Assembly (NCBI GenBank): GCA_905331295.1
Contig: CAJNYD010000273.1
Location: forward strand, 1-46,952
From: Rotaria socialis
Lineage: Eukaryota
Length of the DNA stretch: 46,952 nt
Reading direction: 5' to 3'
The translations under genes and the position numbers were made by a program. This document shows, piece after piece, positions 13,383-26,130 of this stretch (the stretch's first letter is position 1; every line of letters begins with the position of its first letter). Under the pieces are notes generated by a model. It did not search any database, was not told the DNA's origin, and saw only the letters and a program-made list of their open reading frames with translations.

Positions 13383-15202
13383 ATGGCATTCGTGAACCAA
13401 TCAACTAGCTCATCATCGTATGAAAACTTCAATGAAAAGTATAGCCAAACCAAACAGAATGTGACTAGGAGAGTGCAAATATTACTTGCACAATTGAAGT
13501 CGAATGGTACTCATACATCTCTACAAATGTCTTCGGCTGGATTCACTTATACCGGTGATGGTGATACTATTCGCTGTAATACATGTAAGTTAGAAGTATC
13601 TGAGTGGAGTTCAGACATGACACCACTTGATGTACATATTCAACGAAGTCCTGATTGTTCATTTATTCAAAATCTCATGTTAAAATCTTTCATAAAATCT
13701 GATAATCGAGAAAACTGTACAAAGCGCCAAAAATTAGATTCAAATTGTGAGCGATATGAGCAGATCCGTAGATTTTTTGAAATAAACAAACTAAAAGAAA
13801 TCCGTCATCGAACATATTCTCATTGGTCATATGAAATGAAACCGTTTGTTGATCGATTGATTACAGCTGGCTTTTTCGCAACAACTGTCAAGGATCGTGT
13901 GATTTGTTTATATTGCGGTTTGATTTGTCAAGAATGGCAAACAGAAACTGATGATCCATCAGAAGTACATCGAACTCGTTCATTAACATGTCCCTATGTT
14001 TTATCAAAATTAACACAACGAAACCCATCTTCTACTGTAATTTTAAATGAAAATTCAACAATTAATCAAACTCTCGACACGAGTAGTACTGTACAACATC
14101 CGGTTGAACAAATTGTTTCAACAGCACCAATTCATCCTAACTATAGTGAAATTACACAACGTCAACAATCATTCACAATATGGTCTCATGAATCTGCTCC
14201 ACCGGTAGATGAACTAGTTCGAGCTGGTTTCTTCTATACAGGTATTGACAATAATCTAACATGTTTTTATTGTGGCGGCTCTTTGAAAAATTGGAATATC
14301 AATGATAATCCAATAATTGAGCATGTCCGTTGTTTTCCTCATTGTCAATATGCGAAACAGTTGTGTGGAGATGATCTTCATCGAAAAAGTCAGGACACAA
14401 AAAAAGTTCTACAAGGTAAGTGATCAAAACTGTTTACCTTTAGAACGAGAAATGAAGAGAAACTTAAAATTTTTTCAGATTGTGATAAGGTGAATCATCA
14501 ATTCAATGAAGGAGGCAGAAGTGATAATGTTTCTCTTTCAAATCAATGTCAATTACATGTAAATGATCCTAATATGTTATCTCGTTTTGTAGCTGCTCGA
14601 TTGGATTTATCGAGTTCACAAAATTTACTAAATCAAAAATTTAAATTATCAGTTATTAAACGTTGTTGGGAAGATCAGTTACAATTAAAAAGTGGGTGAA
14701 TTACATGTAACAATTTTAATATTATTTTTTGTTTTTATTGATTTATTTAGTTGACGATTTCGCTAGTGACAGTGATCTATTGGCATCTTGCATCATTCTA
14801 CAAAAGCAAATCGATTGTATTAAAGGCGAGAAAGAAAACATCGTCATTCCTAGCAGAGAGATGCAGCCGATTAGTAATACACAACAATCTGCATCATCAT
14901 CTATGCCAATTACTTCAAAGGATGATTCTATGAAGTCATTACCAAAACAATCAGATTATACAGCACACACGATCGATATGACAACTGTAAAGATAAATTC
15001 AAACAATTCAAAAACATCAGAAATAAACCCTACTAAAGTTTCATCAATAGTCAATCTTTGTGTTATCTGTAATCAAGAGGAGAAACGACTTGCCTGTATT
15101 CCATGCGGTCATCTCGTGACCTGTGCTTTGTGTAGTAAAACGCTTAGAACATGTCCAACATGTCGAAAACAAATTGAAGCCTTCGTTCGTATCTTTATTT
15201 AG
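13383..15202 (+). CDS. Inhibitor of apoptosis protein (three BIR domains, UBA-like linker, C-terminal RING)
   Basis: Exons 13383-14415, 14479-14691 and 14751-15202. Three AGF..C-x2-C..W..H-x6-C BIR units. C-terminal CVIC..CIPCGHLVTCALC..CPTCRKQIEAFVRIFI IAP-type RING. Confidence 0.93.
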
Positions 15203-16799
15203 AACTGTACTATTTGCAACACGAATCACGAAGGTAAATCTTGATGTTCTATATATTAATATAAACAAGACATATGACTATCAATTTTATTGTACACACA
15301 TACTATTTTTCTTTTTAAATATAATAAATCTTTCAAACGATACTCGGCGTCAAAGCGCAAGACTGCTCTTTTTTCTCGAACAATAAAGTATCACAAGATT
15401 GTATTCGAAAAATATTGAATTAGTAAGTAGGGCATTGCTGGCAACTAATAAATCAAACTACCTTTTTAAAGAATATATATAACAAGTTTATATGATACAG
15501 ACTAGTTTAAATCCTTTTTCAAGGATTTTTGAGTGTGTTCAATTTAGCAAAAAATCATTCATGATATTTTACCTTCCTTTTTCGACTCTTCTTCTCATAT
15601 GTTGTATTGTTCTTTCTATTGACGCTATGCATTGTAAAGAATCTTTCATCCATTCATACTCTCTTTTTTTGTGTCTTTCGATTGTATGCAAACGTTTGCT
15701 TTGAATGTAAACGATACGATAGTATGAAATGAAGAAACTGAATAACGCGTAATACTATAGTACGAATATTCTTTCTATCATAAAGGGTCTCAATTCATAG
15801 CTTATATTCATTTAGAAACAACACATTTTTTGTTGTGATCTGAATGGAGTGTTCGTATGACTCTGTTTGTGAATATGCAATCTCTCAAAGATTAATATTT
15901 CTTTTTTTCTTTACTTTGCTTTCTTTCCTTTTTGTTCTTGAGGTAAACATTATAAAACATGTATATATCGACGCACTTTTTACTCTTCAAGTTTTGTACG
16001 TAGAGAATAATTACATTTTTGACATTTGTTTTTGCACTAGTATAGTTGCTTTTATATCTATGTTCTTTTTATTTGCATACTACATTGAAATCGACTTTCA
16101 ACTGCAAGAAATTTCCTGAAATCGCATCCTCTAATTCATTATGAACTTTTATTCTAGAGTGGAATAAAGATTTTCTTTCAATCTCTTAGTCTATTCTAGA
16201 TTAAAAATGTCAATTCAAACTGACAGTGGATCTTTCGAACAATGTTCGCTTGTACCCACAATAAAAAAAACCAACAACAACAACAACAATACGTTATGAT
16301 CTGTAGAAGAAAAACAAAAATATTCTTTACAGATATCGTGTCCTTGAGATTCTATTAAACAAGTGTCGATTTATAATCGATACTTGTGCGAATCAACACT
16401 TCAGTCTGCATTCTGTGAAAATGTGTTAACTTAGAACTCAGTCAGTGGTTTGATACAAGGCAATGGAGAAAGTAGGGCTATTCATTTCTCGGTTGCTAGT
16501 CTATGCTCATTTAACTATATGAAGTTCGAATTTGAACTTGAATCCACTCTTGCCCTCATAATAAAATTCTAATATTTGGAAGCGAAAATAAGTTAACTGT
16601 TCTCTACTATGTTATTTTATTTTCTATTTTTACTCTAGTATTTTATTCTCGATCAACATTAATTAATTCCATGAGAGATTTCGCTTTGCATTGTTACCAT
16701 CGAACTTCAGAAGAGATAATAGACAACAGTGATCTGCTCAACGAAAGTTGGATGGATAGTTCCCAATAGTTTCGAACATATTCGTATTTATTCAGCTCT

Positions 16800-17449
16800 T
16801 GGTTTGAGTGCAACTGGTATCTATCCTTTTTCTAATGCAGTATCATACGTGGCGCAGTGAAAAAAATGGCTTGCTATTTTATTATGTTTGTTATGAGCCC
16901 ATTGATAAATCACACGTACCAACATTGAATAAAGATTCGAAACATTAATATATGAATAGAATCATTGCCGTTAATCTACGACAAAATCGTTTTGATCCGA
17001 TTGCTCTTTCTGACCATTCAGAGCAGAACAAAAGCGCAGCAGTACGTTTCTCTCTGATTCAAGCACGTCATACCTTGTATCTCAATTATCTCAAAGACAG
17101 TATAACAAATAAAATAAACCTTAAAGATTTACTAACAAACAAGTATCAAATATTATATTTATCTATTGACTGTGTTTTATCTGAATTTCATGATCAAGGG
17201 TTATATGCCTGGTTTCGTCCATTAGCTATGAAACATATTCAATCTCGATATCATTTCCAACGAACTTACGGAATACGTTTTTCGTCAGCATCAATACATG
17301 TGCATCAAAAGAATGGCTACCAATGTATAGGAAAGATAAGAGCTAAAATGTATGAATGACCAGATAAATCAGGAAAGTATCCTATAAAAAATATGGCAGA
17401 AGGTCTAGATGAAATATCCATTCTTGAAAAGATATTTGTCGACGAATAA
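16800..17449 (+). pseudogene. Decayed GNAT N-acetyltransferase (arylalkylamine N-acetyltransferase-like)
   Basis: One frame broken by TAA 16946-16948 and TGA 17357-17359 reads ...ILYLSIDCVLSEFHDQGL...FSSASIHVHQKNGYQCIGKI..YE*PDKSGKYPIKNM..DEISILEK*. This fits GNAT motif A and the AANAT-like C-terminus. 5' limit is approximate. Confidence 0.5.
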
Positions 17450-17468
17450 ATTGCTTCGTTATCAAAAT

Positions 17469-17626
17469 CAGTGATTTATCTACTGTGTGGGCCAGGTGGG
17501 CGGCGCCCACCCGAAAATATACAGTTGCTTTCATAAAAAGCTATATGGCAACACAATGTTTTAGCCAGCAGCCTCTCCAAAAATTTCAACTGCCCACCCA
17601 ACAAACGAAACATAGATAAAGCACTG
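17469..17626. mobile_element. hAT-type MITE, 158 bp
   Basis: 14-bp TIR CAGTGATTTATCTA / TAGATAAAGCACTG (1 mismatch). Perfect 8-bp TSD ATCAAAAT at 17461-17468 and 17627-17634. Internal GGTGGGC-GGC-GCCCACC hairpin at 17495-17511. Confidence 0.88.
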
Positions 17627-18413
17627 ATCAAAATACTCTGTTTATCAGAGTTAAGAAAAACTGGTGCGTCACGTTTTATTGAGATGGGATTACATTTTAG
17701 TTTTGAATATTTTTATTTATTTAGTGGCCCTTTTCAAACTGTATCGAGCACTCATTGAGTGCTCGATTTATTTGTTAATAGATTCAACGATGGCAGTCAT
17801 CAGCGTTTATTTTAACTTCTATAATTTAATTAAAAGTTTTCACACATATGCATTCATGTATAAAATTTGAAACACAGTAAAATGGTATCATCTGAAGAAA
17901 AACAACCGCTCGATATTTTTATCATAATCCAACATAATTCAATCGGCGTTGATGTCATTCTTATTTGTTTTCACTACCAAAACTCAATAGCAATATTTGA
18001 AATTGCTATAGGAAAAGCGAATTAAATTGCGTAATCCTTAATAGTTAAAAATATTCCAGACAAAAGATGAGATTGAGTAACTCGTCATCTAATAATCATA
18101 TTTTTTCAGATCATTCTTCTTCGGAGTAGAACTTTTGTTTTGAAGACATTTAAAAGCAAGAGGCTGAATGTTGACTTCGATTTTTCACGATATTTCCTAA
18201 AATATCAACGTTTACGAAAACACTTAATCTAGATATCCTAGCAATCAAAAGTACATATTCAAAGTCAAGAAGAAGTTATTCCCTATCACTTTCATTAGCG
18301 ATTTTAACTTCTTTTATGTCGTGTCTGTATATAGAAATAAATAAAAAATATTAAACTATTTACATATCGATAGATATTTCAAAATTAAGAATAAAATATG
18401 AAATAAAAAATAT

Positions 18414-20200
18414 CTAATGTTCTTCAACAAATCGAACGAGTGAAGATGTTAGTTCTCCATGAAATGGCACATTATTAAGTTGTATTAATCGTGCACATAA
18501 ACACTTCAAATTAATTTGCATTTTAGATTTTATTAATTGTTTAGCAGCCAAATTTGTTGTTACATGAATAGCTTTTTCTCGCAAATTATAAACATAATCC
18601 AGATGAGCACCATCATCACAAAGAAGTTTGAGTAAATTTTCATTGTGTATAGACGAACTAGATAAAAATACATGTAGAGGAGTCATTCGTAAAGCATCAT
18701 GTGCATTTACATCTGCACCACATTGTAGAAGTGTACGAGCTGTAAGTATGCATGGACACCTCGAATAAAACAAGTTTTAAGGAACGAATATTTCTTCAAT
18801 TATTATTATTAATGACCTACTTGCAAGTATGTTCAATGCAAAAGTCATCTGCTGATGTATTACTGTTCAAACTCAAATGCAAGAAAGATGATCGATCGAC
18901 AAGTGTTACATACTTATGTTTAACTACAGAACATAAACGTCGATGTATTTTTTGACGATCAATGCTAGAAATATTTATTTTTGTGGCTAACTAGAAAACT
19001 TGCTATCAACAAAAGAGAATCAATGGAAAGAAACGAAAACTTACCTGACTATTATAGTAAAGGTAATTAGAAAAAGTAAAGTATGTAAGTTAAAATCAAA
19101 CTGACTCATATTACGTTTGTAATTCTTCAGCTGTAATTTTTATTACTGTGAGTAGAGTTTGAATTGGTATGAATAATGAGAGATTAAGCATTTCACTAAA
19201 TATTGAAGTGAAATGACGCAAATGTTCTGAATCCATAGGAATAGAGTATTCTTCACGTAATCTAATTTCATACATACAAAATGCAAGTACTTCCATATGT
19301 TGATTATTATCAGCAAAAACAGCACCATGATAACGAATAGAATAACGATATTCACAATTTTTTGAACCTAATAAACGTTCACGCATAAGTAATGCTTCAA
19401 TACATAAACTAGTAGTATTTGAGTAAATCTTATTCAAGTGATCAATTGTTTGACATTCTTGTCGATAATTGAATACATCTGTTGTGATTGTTTGCAATGT
19501 TTTCGGAAGATTATGAATTGATCTTAATTCGAGTGCTCGCGTAAAATGTTAGTAAGCTTGTTTAAAATCACTTTCATCAAGATCAAAACAAACAAAAGTT
19601 GTACCAAGTAATTCTTCAGCTTCAATCTGTTCAATCAACGGACAATGCGATCTAATGGCATTTACAATACTTGTTCGTTTCTTCTCGACTGCCCACATCA
19701 AAGGAGATACTTGATCATACATCGCTGGAAAATTGCGAGCATCATGATCAAGTAAAAATTGTACAAGCTCCAACGATCCACAATTTATAGCATCGTATAG
19801 TGGCGGTCGACCATCATTATCACATTAGTTTACATCACAATCTAATTTGTCCACGAGATAACTGGCCATTTTTAAATGCTTACGATATACACTTACTGCA
19901 AAATTTGCATCATTATTTTTATGCCCATCTCCAAATAATATATCATTTTTAATTTCAAGATCAAGTTGAAATCGCTTAATTAGCACACGCATGAGATTGA
20001 TATGTTCATTTAAACAAGCTATTGTTAGTAAAGAACATTGTTGCATGAATTCATCGCCAAAGACTCGATTGAGATATCTATCAGGATTTGGTATCGGTGA
20101 CAAATATTCTTCTAACATGCTGATATTTCCTTGTCGAACTAATGACATTAGGATCTGATCAAACAATTCGTATGTCGTGTAATAGTTTCTTTTACGAAGG
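18414..20200 (-). pseudogene. Fem-1-like ankyrin-repeat CRL2 substrate receptor pseudogene
   Basis: Ankyrin repeats, IEAEELLGTTF, EALLMRERLLG..YSIRYHGAVFAD and C-terminal LKCLCARLI..LVRFVEEH (BC/Cul2 box) match Fem-1. In-frame TAA at 19825-19827 and 19549-19551, frameshift near 19113, two introns (about 19045-18992 and 18821-18760). Confidence 0.85.
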
Positions 20201-21976
20201 CCATTTTTTGAAATCCAGATAAATGTAATTATTCTTACAATACAGAACTACTTAGTACAACTCATTTACAACTAAAGTTTTAAATTCATGTGTTTTTAAA
20301 CATCACTCTTTACCTTGCAAATAATGTTTTCAACGGTAAACAATCGTCATAGTAGCAGTCTACCGCATTTATTTGTCTATTTCTAATAGAAACTTTCCTG
20401 CTTTTTATTTTTATAAAGAAAGTCTTTTTTTACTTATTTTATTGCTATTGAAGCGTGCCTTTTTTTCCTATGCTATTGTTTTTAACCTGAGTTTGCTATT
20501 ATTATTATTATTATTTTACCTGTCCAATTGATTAATTGGATGTAACTATCATATCTACAAGTCTCAATAATTTTAGAGACAGAACTGTTTTGCTTTTATT
20601 TCCAAAAAAAAACTAGCTTGATCGACTCTAGTCATTTTATATTGATAAATATCCATGATTTAGGACATCTAAAATATTCCTTTTTTTATCTACACAAAAA
20701 TTAAAAGATGAACTCGTTGGAATATTCACAAACATATTCTAGTGATTTTAATATCAATAAAAGTTTTCTGCGCAATATTCTAGAGCACTTCAAGTGTTAT
20801 TTTATCTACTTATTTTCGTTTTCAAAGATTACTGGGAATTTTGCATCCGATAATTATAAACCTCTCTCCTTTATTCTTGTTTCTATGACCATATGGAAAA
20901 ATACGACCCATGATCTACTTCAACACCTGTGTTGAAATCCTCAACGTACACTGATCATTATAATAAAAATAGTTTCTTTACTATTGGAAAATATTTATAG
21001 AACAAGTTGACAATGCACTACGACAGTCCGAACAGAATTCTGATGAATCATTTTGCTCTGTTTTTATTTTCTTTGGAAAGTAGACGAGGCGGATTATTCA
21101 ACTACATAACAATCTAAAAAAATCGTTATCTTTGATTGAAGAAGAACCATTAAACGATATAAAATGTTTATATCAAACTTACAACGATTAAAATAGAACA
21201 CTGAAAATTGGCAGGATATATACGATAACATACTTAATAGAAAAAAACATAATCTAATTTTTTGAATTTTTCATTCAACAATAAATTATCTGTTCTTGCT
21301 AACGTGCTTTCGAAACAATTTATACAAGAAAAAAAAACTTAATTGTTTCTCTGGAATCATGTTGTATATGTTGTAGACAATCGAAATATGATGATAAGTA
21401 ATTACCATCGATTTACTGGACTAAATAGACTGACTAGGCTAGAGGTTTATTTGTTCTAGCGTTAGAATATTGCCTACAGAAGAACAACTATCAATATACT
21501 AGAAATAAATGACAATCAACAGTTTTAGTCGTGTATTCGAATGTCAAAATATCATTATTGTACTGTATATTATATCGAACAATTAATATATTGTTGATTT
21601 CCCTTCGATTTGTATCATATGAATAGAATAGACACCGTATGCAACCGGTACTGATATCAGAAATGTATATGAAGAGAATAAAATGGTATAAAAGCAAAGT
21701 ATGAAATATGCTTACGAATATTAAGTTACTGTATAACTACGACATTTAGTTTATGATTATTTATTCTAGAATTAAAAAAATAAACATAAAAAACATTATT
21801 ATGAATCAAGGAAAAAATTTGTTTTAATGAAAGTATCGGAATGCATACTAGTTGACACAAAATTAGAATTCGCATGATTTGATAAGAAAATTGAGAGAAT
21901 CAAAAGTTGAATCAGAGCACCTTGAATATTATGAACAGGTGAAGAGTATTGATATTATAAGTTTGTAATCGATCGA

Positions 21977-23721
21977 TTATTTGGTAATCTTATCTAATAG
22001 TGTATTCAATGTATTTTGTATATCCCTTATTGCATTGTTCATGTATATGTTCATCTCAGCAAGTTCTCGTTCTATTCTATCCATTTTAACTTTCATTATC
22101 TTCAACTGTTGTGAAACTTCACGTGTTTTATCACTTGTATTACGTTGCAGAGTAAGTATATCGGTTTGATCAATACAACTGTCAACTAATTTTCGTTGTT
22201 CTTGTTTAGTTTGTTGAAGCATATGCACTGACTGTAGTAGTTGTCGTTGCGCTTGTAGATATCGAAACGATGATCCAGATTTTATTTTATTTCTCAAATA
22301 CCATACTCTTATTGTGCCTTTAACAACGTTTGCTGCAAGTATTCTACGATCTTTAGCTAATTCAATGTTCAATACAAAATTATGTACATGTTTTTCCCAT
22401 CGATTCAATAGAAGTTTTTGTGCAAGAACAGCAATAATAAGAGCAGTTGAAAATACACCAATCAAGCCAATTAAAGCAGCAATTCCTGATCATCATTAGA
22501 AGAAGGAAAGAAAAACAAAAATCAAAATTCGATTCATATATGAAAATGAAAGTGGTATTTTTTTCATTGACTTATAGTTTAGTTACCTCGTCCACAGTAT
22601 GTAGAAGGCGCTAAATCTCCGTAGCCAACAGTAGTAAACGTTACAATGAATAACCACATTGAATCAAGCATTGATACATGTTCACGATTTGGCAAGTAAT
22701 CACATGCACGTAAACACCAACTTCCAATAAGAAAGATAATTAGACAAAATATTGTTAGACAACGTATAGGCGAATGTTCGAGGTAAGTTTTCATGAGAAA
22801 GAAAAAATCAATTGATATTTTATTAAGATAACCAACAGATTGAGATAATGCATCATGCATTAAATGAGAATGAAACATAATAAAACGACAAACTAAATAA
22901 AGGCGACCAAACACTAGAATTGAAATTGGTTTTAAATTTAATGGCAACAAAAAAAAAGCAAAAAAAAAACGAAACGTCAACATGTTTATACTCACTAGGT
23001 AAACCAAGGGCAACATCAACAGCTATATAAGACAACGTATAATTAGTGGATATTGATGAATTTAAGTGTCGAGTTTCTAATGATGCATTCAACTGATGAG
23101 GAAAAGAACGAGGTGTAGGATGTACAGCACATATTAATATTTCAAATAAAATTAACAATATTTTCTTGTTTGTTACAGTAATACGCCAATCATCGATCGA
23201 ATTATTAACAGAATAGAGATAAATATCTAAAAGATGATATTTACAGACAAAGCCAATGAGAACAAGCGTTGAAAAACTGATAGCTAATTTGATAAACCAA
23301 CTAAGTATGGTATCATTATGGTTAATCTGAGAAAATGTTATTTCATTTGCAATAACCATAAGAATAATACCAAAAACGCCAAGAAAACACATGATATCAC
23401 TGACGAGACAGCTAAAATATTAAAGAAAACAACGAAACATAAATAAACAGATAGACATATGTCATACAGTCGATTATGTAAGTCTTTTCGCATGGCTAGT
23501 CGACGACTGATATCAGATAATGTAATATTATCGGTACTCTTTTTCTTAGCAGATTTAGTATTGAATTTTTTTTCGTCGTTTGAAATATTTGAAGGCATAG
23601 TCACTGTTCGTTTAGAAGATAATACAACGACGTCTAAACACTCACTCCGTTTCTTAGGCGATGAAGTATTGCCTTGAATTTGTTTAATTAATGGTATCCA
23701 AGTGTCCTCAGCAGTAGTCAT
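21977..23721 (-). CDS. Small-conductance calcium-activated potassium channel (SK/KCNN family)
   Basis: Exons 23721-23468, 23411-22996, 22913-22587 and 22485-21977 are phase-consistent. Motifs EILICAVHP, MFGRLYL, pore TFTTVGYGDLAPSTYCGRG, CaM-binding region EKHVHNF..AANVVK..QRKLVD and C-terminal coiled coil. Confidence 0.93.
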
Positions 23722-23995
23722 TTTATATTTGTCTGAAATAAATAAATATTTGTTATTATATTAGATCAGAAGTTTTTGATAAGTCATATTTATTTTGAAA
23801 CAAATTTCAATCAATTTATACAGTGAAAAACGAATCTATGGAAAATCTTGTGTCTTTGCAGTGTTTTTTATGATAAAAATAACTTTTTGAAATTTTCTGC
23901 TCATAATCCATCAGCAGGTTTGCTATGCCATGTTGCACCAAAAATACTCATTGCAAGTATTATAACATTTACATAAACCGAAAAGAAATCTTTTG

Positions 23996-24017
23996 TATAT
24001 ATATATATATATATATA
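23996..24017. repeat. (TA)n microsatellite
   Basis: Visible TA run. Confidence 0.9.
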
Positions 24018-26130
24018 CTGTTTTTTGTTGCATTCATTTACTACTGAAAATAAGGTGATCATTTATACACGATCGTTACTGTTACTTAGATGGTCTTACT
24101 CTCATTGATCACTCGTTTTATATATAATCACTTACCTTCTTGCATTCGTATTCATAAATATGACTACGAGAGACCCAAATATATCTGAATATAATAAGAA
24201 ATTGTTACAACAACAAGAAAAAAGGGCATCCTGCCTTCACATATGGCCTTACTATAAGAATGAAGCGATGAGCAAATTGGATGATTTATATTTCATATTC
24301 TAATCTTTAATGTGCACACTAGAAAAGAGAGGTACATAAACTGTCTACGCGTGTGAACACGCGTTCCGAGACATTTTTATGGGTCGAGGGAAATTCTTCG
24401 AGTTATTCTTCCGTTCGGAAAAATCTGTCTTTTATATGGCAGATTTGGCACATATGATAGTAACGCTAAGTCATTTATATACAAAAATGTATAGTACGAT
24501 TTAGTAAATCTATAACTATTGGATAAAAAGTTTTAACAATGATTCTATACTTTCCTTTTTTGGATAAATTTGTGTTCTCCTACAACAAAAATGTTGGTTC
24601 TCTATTTGTATTTGATCGCTTTGTAAAACAAACAATTTTCAATTTCATTGCAATGGCATATATATATATTTATAATTTATGATCATGTTACAATATATAC
24701 AGTTGTCATATTGACTGTACGTTTTCTTTTGCGAATCATGTCCTGATCATAATCTTTCATAGTTATTATGTGAATTATAGCCACAATGAGACCAGAAAAG
24801 AAAAGAAAATATTTTTATGTTTCTTTCTTCGAAACTCTTTTTGTTTTTAATTAAAGTAATTACTCAATGTCAAGATGAATGTTGATAAATTTTTTTATGA
24901 CGTATAAGAATTAATTAATCATGATTCGGGAATAATTTTCTTATAATTAATAATTGGTATTTCAATGACATTTTAAGCTATTTCGAATCAAAAGTAAGTC
25001 TGTTGATAAATCATCAAAACTAACGACTAGGATAATAAGACCTTTCTTTTAGAATTCAATCAACCATGCACTATAAATCGTAGCAATAGAAATACTATAA
25101 AAAAAAAGAAGAAATTCTTCAATTAGAAATATTCACCGATAAGATATGATATATTATTAACTTTAACATAGAATCTTTCATATGTGTTGCATGCCCATGA
25201 AACCTGATGATATGTTCACAAAATATCTGTAATATTTATACCTATTTGAAGCTTTGTTTGATTCTGTTCTATAGAAATGATGTGTTAAGAGATTGTATCA
25301 GTATCTGACAATGATGGTAAACTCGAATTATCAAGCATTTTATGTTAGTTTTTAAAATTATTATATAGAAGTTTAGAATTACTATCGAATTCTGAAAGCA
25401 AATAGAGTATATAGTTTATCAATACTTTAGTTTGGAATTTTTTTCTTAGATTTTACTTAGAAATGCATGATTTGAAGACGAATCCAACACTAAATACACA
25501 TCTGTGGTAATTTTTACTTCTTAGCTAAATAAATTAGATTTTATAATGGATATAGTATTTTCAGATTTTCAATCGATAAGGTAAAATGCTAAAGAAAAGA
25601 ATTCTTCAACAATAATATTTATTCTTAAAATTTCGTAATTGTTTATACTTCTAGAATAATTCAATTGTGATTGAAGACAATTATGGTTAGATTTCAATGA
25701 TTTGTATCGATGATTAAAATTTCAGCTCGTTTTTGTTGTTGTTAGTGCAAGAATACATGGTGAAAAAAGAAAATTTAAACAAATAAAAAGTGAAAACAAT
25801 ATTTTATTTAGTGCGTATGATAACGAACCACATATATCAAGTGCTGATTAAATTTGTAAATGATAAGCAAGAATATTTTCTTCTAAATTTATGAAACACA
25901 TTGACTGAAATAGGGCTACATAGCTTTTCATTCCAAAACTAAGCAGTTAAACGTGTTGATGTTGAATTAATTTAAATGAAAACAATTTCTAAAAAAAGAC
26001 TATTGGAAATGACAACGAATTCGACAATCAAAAAAGTAGCACGATAAAAAAGAAATATGTAACAATGTTTGTAGTTCAAATATAACTTTATAAAAATAGT
26101 TACAGTGTGTTCAATGAAACATTGTTTGCA

